A DNA stretch of 64,000 nucleotides, taken from positions 82,763-146,762 of IMG/VR virus record IMGVR_UViG_3300029319_000006, one strand, 5' to 3'. The stretch is from a virus. Position 1 is the stretch's first letter. Each line of letters opens with the position of its first letter. Of this stretch, positions 49,558-58,137 are shown one piece after another. The notes beneath the pieces were generated by a model. The model did no database searches. It was not told where the DNA came from and worked only from the letters and a program-made list of their open reading frames with translations. The translations under genes and the position numbers were made by a program.

Positions 49558-49672
49558 CTAATTTTTTTTCAAGTTCCTTTAGTTTTTGTTTCAACTCAGA
49601 AATTGTTTGCTGGAGTTTTTTTATTTCTTCCACACCTCTATAACCATATTCAGTATAACTATCTTCTGTCAT
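49544..49672 (-). CDS. Small coiled-coil protein, 42 aa (not in ORF track)
   Basis: AAGGAGG SD; MTEDSYTEYGYRGVEEIKKLQQTISELKQKLKELEKKLDDIN*. Confidence 0.6.
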   Translation of the reverse strand: MTEDSYTEYGYRGVEEIKKLQQTISELKQKLKELEKKLDDIN

Positions 49673-49699
49673 TATACCTCCTTATTTGTTTAATGTCAA
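49671..49699 (-). promoter_or_regulatory. Consensus sigma70 promoter TTGACA-17-TATAAT upstream of rnh
   Basis: -35 at 49694-49699, -10 at 49671-49676. Confidence 0.75.
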
Positions 49700-49701
49700 C
49701 A

Positions 49702-49902
49702 TCATTCAAATCTTATAATTAAAGGATCTTTTATTTGTCTTCTTTCTTCACTCAACTGTATCATTATTTTGTCACGTTCAAAATCAGTATATCTTCTCCA
49801 ATATTGAATCTGATATATTGTTCTTAGACACCCTTTACACCTTTTTGTTTTTGCATTAATCTTGCAGATTTGTACACAAGGTGTCTTTAACGTGTCTTGC
49901 AT
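49702..49902 (-). CDS. DUF1289-like Cys-rich (putative Fe-S) protein
   Basis: TPC..IC......C.GC.RT..QI..W. Confidence 0.8.
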   Translation of the reverse strand: MQDTLKTPCVQICKINAKTKRCKGCLRTIYQIQYWRRYTDFERDKIMIQLSEERRQIKDPLIIRFE

Positions 49903-50281
49903 GAATTTTACAACCTATAAATTCATTATAATATTCATTACTAAAAAGCACATTGCGATCAAATTGTTCTTTGGCTTCATAATAAGACATTTCACCTTTT
50001 GTTTTACATAAACGAATTATTTCTCTTTTAAAATTATCTTTCCCTTTTTGTTCAACGAGTAAGGAAAATTCCTTACTAGATCCATAATATTCACGCCAAT
50101 CAGATTCTGTACGTGTACGTACTTTTCTCTTACGTTTTTTATTGATTGGTAAGGTTTTAGGTTTCCAGAAATTCTTTTTTCCAATATAGTGTTTGTTGGT
50201 ATCAACTTCTGTGATAACATATACGAACCCTTGGTATTGTTCTGGTGTGTGTAAAAATTGCTTTCCATCATATAACCACAT
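49856..50281 (-). CDS. GIY-YIG-like nuclease
   Basis: GFVY.I......YIGKK, Y.GSS, F.REII, E.....YYN. Confidence 0.8.
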   Translation of the reverse strand: MWLYDGKQFLHTPEQYQGFVYVITEVDTNKHYIGKKNFWKPKTLPINKKRKRKVRTRTESDWREYYGSSKEFSLLVEQKGKDNFKREIIRLCKTKGEMSYYEAKEQFDRNVLFSNEYYNEFIGCKIHARHVKDTLCTNLQD

Positions 50282-50289
50282 ACGACTAT

Positions 50290-51075
50290 TTAGTCGTTAT
50301 CTATCATCTGATTTTTACATAGTTTGTAATAAGTTGAAATGTCATGGTCACTAAAACTATCCCATGTTCTCAATGAAAATAATGATCTATACAATCCCAT
50401 AAACCAATTTCTCATCATGTACCAAGAACCTGATCCAGTGTTAACCATGTCTTTGTAATCAAAATAATTAAGTTCTCCATTATGTTTGAATCCTATCCAT
50501 CTAGGAGGTACTCTTGTGACAATATCATTATTATTTCTGAATCTATAATGTGTAAACTTTTGCATTGAATTCCATTTACCATCTCCTACTCTAGGAGATC
50601 CAAATGTATACAAAACTACTGTTGGATCATTTAATCTACCAGCTACAAGAGTTGCTAATGCTGCTCCAAGACTATGACCAGTAATTAAAATATTTTTATC
50701 TTTTGTGTCACATTTTTTCATATGTTTTAAAATATCATCCCAAATTTCATTTAGAGCATCTTTGAAACCTCTATGAACTTTTCCCTCACGAACTCCATCA
50801 CTTGAAATAGAAATCTCTTTTCTAAATTTTAAATCTGCTTTTATATCAGCCCATTGTGTTGGTTGTGTTCCTCTGAATACTAATACAAAGTTTTTCTTAC
50901 CATTCAATGCATATGCTTGAGTTCCACCAAAATCAAAATATTTTACTTTCCAAGAACCTAATGGTTTCATTGCTTTTTTGAAACCAGACTCTTTTTGATA
51001 AGCATGCATAGATAGTTTTGCCATCCATGTTGCTATTTCCCAGTTAAATGATGTTTTTACTTTAGTATCATTCAT
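50290..51075 (-). CDS. Class 3 lipase (alpha/beta hydrolase)
   Basis: FRGT, VHRGF, TGHSLGAALA, YTFGSPRVG, NNNDIVTRVP, DH. Confidence 0.92.
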   Translation of the reverse strand: MNDTKVKTSFNWEIATWMAKLSMHAYQKESGFKKAMKPLGSWKVKYFDFGGTQAYALNGKKNFVLVFRGTQPTQWADIKADLKFRKEISISSDGVREGKVHRGFKDALNEIWDDILKHMKKCDTKDKNILITGHSLGAALATLVAGRLNDPTVVLYTFGSPRVGDGKWNSMQKFTHYRFRNNNDIVTRVPPRWIGFKHNGELNYFDYKDMVNTGSGSWYMMRNWFMGLYRSLFSLRTWDSFSDHDISTYYKLCKNQMIDND

Positions 51076-51214
51076 CCTCTTCTTCCTCTAATGATTCGTA
51101 TGTTACTGGAGATCCACACATTGCACAAAATTGAGGTAGTTCATTAGAATCCATAACTAAAACTTGTGATTCAGTATCACAGGCTTCACAGTGAGTAAAA
51201 TACTCGAGTTCCAT
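51068..51214 (-). CDS. Zinc-ribbon protein, 48 aa (not in ORF track)
   Basis: MELEYFTHCEACDTESQVLVMDSNELPQFCAMCGSPVTYESLEEEEDE*; two CxxC; TAATG-coupled to RNR. Confidence 0.75.
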   Translation of the reverse strand: MELEYFTHCEACDTESQVLVMDSNELPQFCAMCGSPVTYESLEEEEDE

Positions 51215-53442
51215 TAGAATGTAATCTCACAGGCACCACCTTGACAAGCAGCTGATCCCATAGTATCTATGTCTGTGAATCTTTTTTCGTCAAGCTGAGA
51301 TACAAAATCTATTGGAGAGATATTTTGTTGAATCTTAGTCCATTTGTGAAGAAGAAATACATCTTTCAAACAATTACCACATTCTTCCATATCATTCATA
51401 AAATAATTATCTGAAAATTTAACAAATCTTCTGATCCATTCTTTATTAAGATCACTTATTTCTCCTCTATGTTCAGGATTCATTTTTGCATACATTATAG
51501 CTTCCCACAAATCTCTAAAACCTGACTTTCTCGTATCTACAATTAATCCAGATGCAAATAGTGCAGCTTTACCATATTTATCTACAATTTGATCTTCAGA
51601 TAATACTTCTGTCATAGGCGCTTGAGCGTAATCTTTATCTCCTGTACCGCCCAAGAAAGAGATTCCAGCAAACGAGTGACGATTTTTGTAAACATAATTT
51701 TCTACCTTTGCCCACATATGAGGCATAACAGTTACAGTGTTAGATACATTGTGTCTTAGAGTTGGATCTGCACATAATTCTATATCTGTTCCTGCTTCTA
51801 CCCAATTTTGCTGGACCAATTTTACTTTTTCTAATAAATCAGTTCCATATAATTCTTCTCTGTATAATGATCCTTCTGGTGTAATAATTGGAAAGCCAAC
51901 ACAGTAATCTGTATTATTAGCAGACCATACACTTTCTTCAACCATGTATGGATTTGTTTTAGCAATTAATTGACCAACTTCGGTTTCTTTGTTTAGCTGA
52001 ATATGTCTTAGATATCTAGGACTATGTTCAGCATGAATTCCACTAGCTGTCTCTAAAAGTACCGAAGCATTACCAGACGGTTTGACACACGTGGTTCTGG
52101 CTGCAGCATTGATTCCAATAAGTGCCGCAACTTCTTTATTAACTTTCTTAACAATTTCTGCTCCTTCTTTTTGAATTTCAGCATTTAAAAGTATCTCTGG
52201 ATTATTCATCCATCCTGTTACAGACACTCCTAACAATGCTTCTCTTTCAAATATCTCTTTTGATGTTTGTTCAAGATATTTGAAATTTGTATATCCAGCT
52301 TGTAATGTTCCCATAATAGAACCAGCTCTACAAGCCTTAAAAAATTCTTCTTTAGATGTACACTTACCACCATTTATCTCAGTTAGATTACATCCTTGCC
52401 ATCCTGTCTTTCCATCTATCTGAGGAAACATTCCTATCTCAACACAAGGATTAGTAGTATGTTCTTTTGACTCAACAAAGTAGAATCCAGGTTCACCAAA
52501 CTCTTTTATTGATTTCATTATATTTTTAAATTCATCTTCTGTACATTCATCTCTAACAATAACAGCACTATTATTGGAACGGCCACGTTGTGGATTATCA
52601 ATAAACCAGTTTCCTGTTTTTGCATCTAACATTTCCTGATCATCTTTTGAAAATAAACATATAGTAGCTGATCTACGAACACCACCAGCTAGTACAGCAT
52701 CTGATGCATGCATTGCAATATCATATACTTCAATTGGTTTTAATGTATCTCTTCCAGATAATACTACAGTCTGTAATAGATGTTCTATTTTATCTAAAGC
52801 TCTTCTTAGTGGTTCTGGTCCAGGTGCTTTGAATCCTCCTGATATCATTGCTCCTTTAGGTCTAATACCACTTATATCAAAATATACTTTACGTCCTGCA
52901 AACTCAGGAAATTGTTGATTGTCTGTAAAGTAAGATGACATTAGCACACCTAATGAATCAGCCCATCCTTCAATACTATCTTCTACTACCCATCCTTTAG
53001 CAGCTTTCTTTCTTTCTGCTACTTTAGGTAATTTGCTAACATGATGATTTTGCACTGAAAACCCTGCACCAGCCCCGCATAGAAGCACGTAGAACAGTTC
53101 ACTAAAGAACCTTGGTCTGTCTGCATAGGTGGAAGTACAATTGTACATTCTCATCATATGTTTTAGGAGTTGATCACCTCCAAATTGTAAAGCTCTCTGA
53201 GCTCCTAATGCATATTTTAATTTGTATAGATGTTCTGCTTCATCTATAAGTTGAGATAAATCTGGAGTCATTTTATCTGCATAATAGTCTCTATGCATAT
53301 TCATAACTCTTGTTACTGATTCTTCCCAAGTTTCATATCTTGCTTTTTTTTCGTCCCACCTGGAATAACCTTCATAGAACTTAGTTTGTGACATTATATT
53401 TCTGGTATCCCAGTCTTTATTATTTGGAACTACTTTTAGCAT
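51214..53442 (-). CDS. nrdJ: Class II (adenosylcobalamin-dependent, monomeric RTPR-type) ribonucleotide reductase
   Basis: YNC, DS.EGW, IRPKGA, GGVRRSA, TNPCVEI, CNL, TTCVKPSG, C-terminal CQGGAC; no beta-subunit gene adjacent. Confidence 0.9.
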   Translation of the reverse strand: MLKVVPNNKDWDTRNIMSQTKFYEGYSRWDEKKARYETWEESVTRVMNMHRDYYADKMTPDLSQLIDEAEHLYKLKYALGAQRALQFGGDQLLKHMMRMYNCTSTYADRPRFFSELFYVLLCGAGAGFSVQNHHVSKLPKVAERKKAAKGWVVEDSIEGWADSLGVLMSSYFTDNQQFPEFAGRKVYFDISGIRPKGAMISGGFKAPGPEPLRRALDKIEHLLQTVVLSGRDTLKPIEVYDIAMHASDAVLAGGVRRSATICLFSKDDQEMLDAKTGNWFIDNPQRGRSNNSAVIVRDECTEDEFKNIMKSIKEFGEPGFYFVESKEHTTNPCVEIGMFPQIDGKTGWQGCNLTEINGGKCTSKEEFFKACRAGSIMGTLQAGYTNFKYLEQTSKEIFEREALLGVSVTGWMNNPEILLNAEIQKEGAEIVKKVNKEVAALIGINAAARTTCVKPSGNASVLLETASGIHAEHSPRYLRHIQLNKETEVGQLIAKTNPYMVEESVWSANNTDYCVGFPIITPEGSLYREELYGTDLLEKVKLVQQNWVEAGTDIELCADPTLRHNVSNTVTVMPHMWAKVENYVYKNRHSFAGISFLGGTGDKDYAQAPMTEVLSEDQIVDKYGKAALFASGLIVDTRKSGFRDLWEAIMYAKMNPEHRGEISDLNKEWIRRFVKFSDNYFMNDMEECGNCLKDVFLLHKWTKIQQNISPIDFVSQLDEKRFTDIDTMGSAACQGGACEITF

Positions 53443-53456
53443 ACAAAACTCCTTCT

Positions 53457-53474
53457 GCCAGTGCCTTCACCGGC
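53457..53474 (-). promoter_or_regulatory. GC-rich hairpin in the nrdJ leader, next to the SD
   Basis: GCCGGTG-AAGG-CACTGGC (7 bp with one G-U) ends 2 nt before AAGGAG. Confidence 0.5.
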
Positions 53475-53536
53475 TGTAAATATTAACAGTTATTTTTTGA
53501 TAGTATTATATAGGATTATATGATATTCTAAAACAG

Positions 53537-53917
53537 TTATTTTTCTGTTTCTTCTGAAATATTTTCAGATAAATTTTCCTCATAATAAACTATTATTTCT
53601 TTTTGTTGATTTATGTATCTTCTAAGGTCAGCTATATTTAAAGATAAATTTTCATAATCTTTTATACTAATAGCTACATAAACCAACTCACCATTCTTTT
53701 CAGTAAACTCTTGAATAAAAGTATCATAATTTTCAGCCGTAACCACATATATTTTAACATCCGTAAGATTAACAGGCGCAGGCCTAGCTTGAATAGGGAC
53801 ATAAACTTTCTCTATCTTTGTTACAATTTCTACTTCTGGTTCAGTTCGCCAACTACTGCACGACGTTAATATTAGTGTCGTTAGTAATATCATCCCAAAG
53901 TTTATTAGTCGCATCAT
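53537..53917 (-). CDS. o-spanin (Rz1-like lipoprotein)
   Basis: Signal peptide with ILTSC lipobox, Pro-rich segment, Y..LS.N..DL.RYI.QQ..II.YY; overlaps the i-spanin. Confidence 0.8.
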   Translation of the reverse strand: MMRLINFGMILLTTLILTSCSSWRTEPEVEIVTKIEKVYVPIQARPAPVNLTDVKIYVVTAENYDTFIQEFTEKNGELVYVAISIKDYENLSLNIADLRRYINQQKEIIVYYEENLSENISEETEK

Positions 53918-54245
53918 TCATCTTCTTTTCTATCAACGTTGATTTTTTTAAAGCCAACATAGTTAGATTATGTTTCTTTAAAGTATTCTGTAATTGTTTA
54001 CTATAATCTTCTGCTTTTTGTAACTTTATTTGAAGTTCTTTTGCAAGTTCTGTATTTATTTTATTTTGTTGTTGTAGTGCACTTATACTAGCTTCACTTG
54101 TTTCAATAGCTATTTTTAGTTTAGAATTATTTTTTGATAATTGAATAACTTTTTCTTGCATTTGAACATAGTAACTATATCCAGCGTAGCCGATACTTCC
54201 ACAAACTCCAAAAATAATAATAAACAAATATATTCTAGCCGCCAT
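53853..54245 (-). CDS. i-spanin (Rz-like)
   Basis: N-terminal TM helix followed by a long coiled coil; directly upstream of the lipoprotein. Confidence 0.75.
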   Translation of the reverse strand: MAARIYLFIIIFGVCGSIGYAGYSYYVQMQEKVIQLSKNNSKLKIAIETSEASISALQQQNKINTELAKELQIKLQKAEDYSKQLQNTLKKHNLTMLALKKSTLIEKKMNDATNKLWDDITNDTNINVVQ

Positions 54246-54600
54246 GATAAAAATACTGTAGAAACTTTTTTCTCATTTTAGGTGGTTTTTTTGGACTGAC
54301 TCTTCTATCAGTTACATGAATTGGTATACCCATTTTTCGTCTCAGTATACCCATAGGTAATCTGGATCTAGGACCCATATTTTTTGTATCTTGAGGTATT
54401 CCAGCATCTGCAGTAGTTGTTGCTTCTTCAGATGCCAGAACCTCTTTCACTTTTTTAGTATCTGGTTTCTTGTAGGGGTTCTTTACATTCAGATTAGTAG
54501 ATCCAGGAAACATACGTTCCTTATCTTTAAGAGGTTTAAATAACTTCTTCATTAATTTATCGTGATATGCACTAGCCCCTAGAGCCATAACTATCTCCAA
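54235..54600 (-). CDS. Hypothetical basic protein
   Basis: ORF (probable start MALGASA) in the late gene run. Confidence 0.6.
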   Translation of the reverse strand: MEIVMALGASAYHDKLMKKLFKPLKDKERMFPGSTNLNVKNPYKKPDTKKVKEVLASEEATTTADAGIPQDTKNMGPRSRLPMGILRRKMGIPIHVTDRRVSPKKPPKMRKKFLQYFYHGG

Positions 54601-54631
54601 GATATCTTAATATTAACATTTTTCATTTACG

Positions 54632-54871
54632 CTAGGCACCTTTTCTATGCCATATGGCCCATAATATCCATATTGCGATTAAGCCCATAACACCCTGACT
54701 TCCTAGACCAGCTATGATGCCAGATACGTTATCAACTACACTCCAATTCATAGGCATGAAAGGCATATTCTTTAGACCTAATACTTCGAGTATAATTGCG
54801 AGAGCAGCAATACTTACACCAACATCTGCTAGTGATGATGCCCACCCTCTAATTGTACTTAATGTTTCCAT
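54632..54871 (-). CDS. Small two-TM membrane protein (holin candidate)
   Basis: Two hydrophobic helices, basic C-terminus; AAGGAG SD; GATAAATA at 54903-54910. Confidence 0.55.
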   Translation of the reverse strand: METLSTIRGWASSLADVGVSIAALAIILEVLGLKNMPFMPMNWSVVDNVSGIIAGLGSQGVMGLIAIWILWAIWHRKGA

Positions 54872-54909
54872 TTAGTTCTCCTTCTATACTTGCGTAATCT
54901 AGTATTTAT

Positions 54910-55509
54910 CTATCTTGCTAATTCACCAACAGTTACAAACACTTTTTGGTTAGTTTTCACATGAGTTGCATTATATATGTGTAAACCAAAGACATTATCT
55001 ATAGGAAAACTATCTTCTTGTACTTTAACAAGATCTTTTGCTCTTACTACTTCTTCTAATGTAGAATTTACCATTTTACTATTAAGAAGTTTGTAAGTAC
55101 CAGGAGCTAACTGATTATCATCTAATAAAAACCAACTTGTTTTTTCTTCTAAAAAATCTAATGGATCAATGCCAACTTTAGTTAAACTTTTTTTAAGATC
55201 TTTATCGCTTACTCCAAACTTTTCTTTCAACAAATATAAAGCAGCTGCATACGAAGCTAATCTTGAACCACCTCCTGGTGCTTTTGCCATTATCTTTTTT
55301 ATATTAAAAACTAATCTATGAAATGGAGTATAATAATCTCTGTATATTTCTCTATTATCCATGGTATTCAATGTAAAAGATTTTAATCTTTTTCCATCTT
55401 TATCGATAATACCTCTTTTGAATGCTTCTGTTTCTTCAAATGGAGTTGTTAAAAGTCTGAGAAATCTAAAAGTATAGACTAAATCACCAGCGCGTTTGAT
55501 AATACCCAT
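54910..55509 (-). CDS. Conserved T4-like hypothetical protein
   Basis: D..Y.FRFL.LL.TPF....AF..GIID.DG, YT.FHRLVFN.K, AAAL.LLKE. Confidence 0.75.
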   Translation of the reverse strand: MGIIKRAGDLVYTFRFLRLLTTPFEETEAFKRGIIDKDGKRLKSFTLNTMDNREIYRDYYTPFHRLVFNIKKIMAKAPGGGSRLASYAAALYLLKEKFGVSDKDLKKSLTKVGIDPLDFLEEKTSWFLLDDNQLAPGTYKLLNSKMVNSTLEEVVRAKDLVKVQEDSFPIDNVFGLHIYNATHVKTNQKVFVTVGELAR

Positions 55510-55877
55510 TATATTTTTCTTAGTCCTTCTATTATACTTTTATCCATTTCTATATTAGTATATTCAGTATTCTTTATATAATTTAAATAAATTAAAAATG
55601 GTTTCAGAATATACCAATACTTTTTATCAATATGAAATTCTAACATTCTTAAACTTGGCTTTATATCAAATACATTAAATATAACAATTAAATGATTTAA
55701 CACAAGTCTTTCAGATAATTCACCAGATCTATCATATCTATTAAATAATCTTTTTAAATAAATAAATCTTTTCAAATCATTATAAAATTCTTCTGCATCT
55801 ACACAATTTGGTTTATAATAATGTCTAGCAGCAAATAATAATATATTACTGTTAGTTAAAGTATCAAATAATTTCAT
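55509..55877 (-). CDS. Conserved T4-like hypothetical protein
   Basis: EEF..DLKRF.YLKRL..RY...GEL..RL.LNH.I...NVF. Confidence 0.8.
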   Translation of the reverse strand: MKLFDTLTNSNILLFAARHYYKPNCVDAEEFYNDLKRFIYLKRLFNRYDRSGELSERLVLNHLIVIFNVFDIKPSLRMLEFHIDKKYWYILKPFLIYLNYIKNTEYTNIEMDKSIIEGLRKI

Positions 55878-55907
55878 TGGTAATCATCCTAAAGTATTTT
55901 ACTTTAT

Positions 55908-56351
55908 TTAGACACCAACTCTTTTAAGTTTTTTCAATTCTTTAATTAAATCAGCTTTTCTTCTTCGTCTATCAAGTTCAATTCCATGTTCTCTACCTAA
56001 GAGCTCAAGTTCTTTTTTAGACATAGCTTTCAATTCAGAATCAGATACCCACCAAGGAGGATCAACATCACCTGGTTCAGAATCTTCAGAATCATTATGA
56101 TCATGTGGTTCATCTCCACCTTCATGTGAGTGTTTTGTACCATCATCATGTGAATGTTCTAAAGGATCTTTAGGTTTGGTTATTTCTACATCCAGTTTTT
56201 TAGATTCTGTTATAGTTGGAATACCATGCCATTCATCAATTTGTTCTTGAGTATGTCTACGTGAAACTAATACTTCACCAGTATTTGGATCTTCCCAACC
56301 GTTTAATGTAGGTACAGCAAATGGAGCATACCCAGGAGGTTTAATAGCCAT
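55908..56351 (-). CDS. Protein with His-rich segment and C-terminal Rho_N/HeH-like domain
   Basis: GW.DP.TGE.LVS; HSHDDGTKHSHEGGDEPHDH; L..MSKKELE.LGREHGIELDRR..K..LI..L. Confidence 0.7.
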   Translation of the reverse strand: MAIKPPGYAPFAVPTLNGWEDPNTGEVLVSRRHTQEQIDEWHGIPTITESKKLDVEITKPKDPLEHSHDDGTKHSHEGGDEPHDHNDSEDSEPGDVDPPWWVSDSELKAMSKKELELLGREHGIELDRRRRKADLIKELKKLKRVGV

Positions 56352-56374
56352 AATTTATCCTTTCTAATATTATA

Positions 56375-57211
56375 TTATCCTTTTGCAGGCGTTGCAGACG
56401 GAATAACTTTTGTATCACCTTTAGCATTATCACCCTTTCTTTTAGGAGCAACTTTAGCTGCATTTTGAGCCTTAGTCATATCATTACCTGATTCTTCTGG
56501 ATTATCCTTCATTTCAGGTTCATGGTCTTTTCTCATTTTTTTAGCTAGACCAGAATCTTTTGAATCCATTTCCTCAGGTGGAGTAGCACCTTTATAATGA
56601 TGTCCTCCTTTATCAGCTGTAGCTCTAGCCTCTAAAATTCTAGCATATACTGATTCTGCCATTGAATCATTCTCAGCACTTTTGGTTTTATCCTTTTTCA
56701 TTTTAGGATTGATTTCTACTTCATCCTGTTCCATTTTCTTTTTTGTAGGATCTCCAGGAGGTAATGTAACTGCAGCTTTACCTTTAGCTGATGGAGCAGA
56801 AACTTTTGCTAATTTTTTAGCAAGAGCTGCTTTTTGGTTTTCTTTTACTTCTGCATCTTTTGAATTATAAAGACCTCTTTTCATCTTTTCCTTAGATGAC
56901 ATTTCCATTTTTTTCTTCTTATTCTTAGGAAGATTTTCATCATCTGCATATCTAGGATCATTATCTGATACAGGAGTTGCCATAGCTTCATTTGTAGAAG
57001 AATTGACTGCATTTGCAGTATCTTTCTTCATAGTAACAGGATGCTTTTTACCATTCATGGTAAAATGACTTTGTCCAGCTTTATGAGCTGCCGCAGCTTT
57101 TGCCATGAACATATCACGTTCATCTACTGGGATATCTTCTGGTATTACAAACTTAGACTCGTTGACTTTTTTATAAGCGTCAGCCAACTTACGCATGATT
57201 TCATTGCTCAT
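56375..57211 (-). CDS. Lys/Glu-rich probable internal head (prohead core-like) protein
   Basis: L..AY..V.E N-terminus; repeated xxE sites (VNE, VKE, MAE, ILE). Confidence 0.6.
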   Translation of the reverse strand: MSNEIMRKLADAYKKVNESKFVIPEDIPVDERDMFMAKAAAAHKAGQSHFTMNGKKHPVTMKKDTANAVNSSTNEAMATPVSDNDPRYADDENLPKNKKKKMEMSSKEKMKRGLYNSKDAEVKENQKAALAKKLAKVSAPSAKGKAAVTLPPGDPTKKKMEQDEVEINPKMKKDKTKSAENDSMAESVYARILEARATADKGGHHYKGATPPEEMDSKDSGLAKKMRKDHEPEMKDNPEESGNDMTKAQNAAKVAPKRKGDNAKGDTKVIPSATPAKG

Positions 57212-57223
57212 GTTTTATCTCCT

Positions 57224-57523
57224 TTACATCCAAAGTTGGGCTGCATATGCTCCAGCAGCAGCTATAATAGCTACCCAGAACAGCTTGTTAATTACGCCAA
57301 CCGTTTGAGCGTTTGTAGTTACTTTTTGTTCAATATCGTCTAGTTTTTGACTAAAACGATTCATTCTATCATAATGAGAATTTGACTTCTCTTCCATCAT
57401 ATGTAATTTTTCTTCTGCCCTAGCTATAGAAACCATTGCGTCAGTTAATTTATCAATTTTAGCTTCGATTTTATCCAAGCGGTGTTCCATTGTCATTATT
57501 GGTTCCTGTCTTAATTCTGGCAT
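57224..57523 (-). CDS. Coiled-coil protein with C-terminal TM helix
   Basis: RLDKIE.KIDKL..A.VS.AR.EE; FWVAIIAAAGA; TATAAATA at 57536-57543. Confidence 0.7.
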   Translation of the reverse strand: MPELRQEPIMTMEHRLDKIEAKIDKLTDAMVSIARAEEKLHMMEEKSNSHYDRMNRFSQKLDDIEQKVTTNAQTVGVINKLFWVAIIAAAGAYAAQLWM

Positions 57524-57543
57524 ATCAACTACACATATTTATA

Positions 57544-58137
57544 TTACCAAGCCTTACAGGACCAGTATCGTGGTTTTGTTTTAGGGCCAGGATCATCACA
57601 GTTGTGTCTTGCTCTAAAACTTTTTCTTCTTGCTGGTATATTTTTTTTAATTTTCATATTTTTGTCACCAAAATTGACTTTTTTCACATTTCCTGTAGCA
57701 GGATCTTTCACAAAAACTTTTGATTTCTTAACGTCACCAGGCATTGGTTTGTTAAGTTTAACTTCTCTTCCTTGATACTCAGCTTCTTTTATACCAGCTA
57801 ATCTTTTTACTGCATCAATATGAATTTGATGATATGTGTGTCCAGGTAAATCAGCATCAGCAATAGCTTGTTTAGCTGCATTTACTAAATCATCCATATG
57901 TTTTACATTCTCTTCTGTAGCACTACCCTTTTTTTCCAACATTTTCTCATAACCAAGATATTGATCAACAGCTATAACAGCTTCATGGAAACCATCTTTA
58001 TCACCTAAACCATCTTCTTGATTTTGATGAAATGCTTTTAACGCAGATGGACACATATCAAAATGTTTTGTTTTTTCTCCATGATGAACTAATTGTTTTC
58101 CATCAACCTCTTCTTTTATGAATGTTCTAAATTTCAT
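57544..58137 (-). CDS. Probable internal head protein with capsid-targeting-like leader
   Basis: MKFRTFIKEE; C-terminal module EAEYQGREVKLNKP...V.KV.FG...RRKSFRARH.C...YWSC..W. Confidence 0.65.
   Translation of the reverse strand: MKFRTFIKEEVDGKQLVHHGEKTKHFDMCPSALKAFHQNQEDGLGDKDGFHEAVIAVDQYLGYEKMLEKKGSATEENVKHMDDLVNAAKQAIADADLPGHTYHQIHIDAVKRLAGIKEAEYQGREVKLNKPMPGDVKKSKVFVKDPATGNVKKVNFGDKNMKIKKNIPARRKSFRARHNCDDPGPKTKPRYWSCKAW

Noticed and set aside
49856-50281. Mobile homing endonuclease
   Set aside because: Only the catalytic-size GIY-YIG domain is present, with no DNA-binding tail and no interrupted host gene. Mobility cannot be supported.
51214-53442. Intron or intein in the RNR
   Set aside because: The ORF is continuous and of normal RTPR length.
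53443-53536. Cobalamin riboswitch upstream of nrdJ
   Set aside because: Fragments (ACTGT, CCGGTG, CACTG, GAAGG) are reminiscent, but the region is under 100 nt, mostly AT, and lacks the GGGAA core and four-way junction. Kept only as a hairpin.
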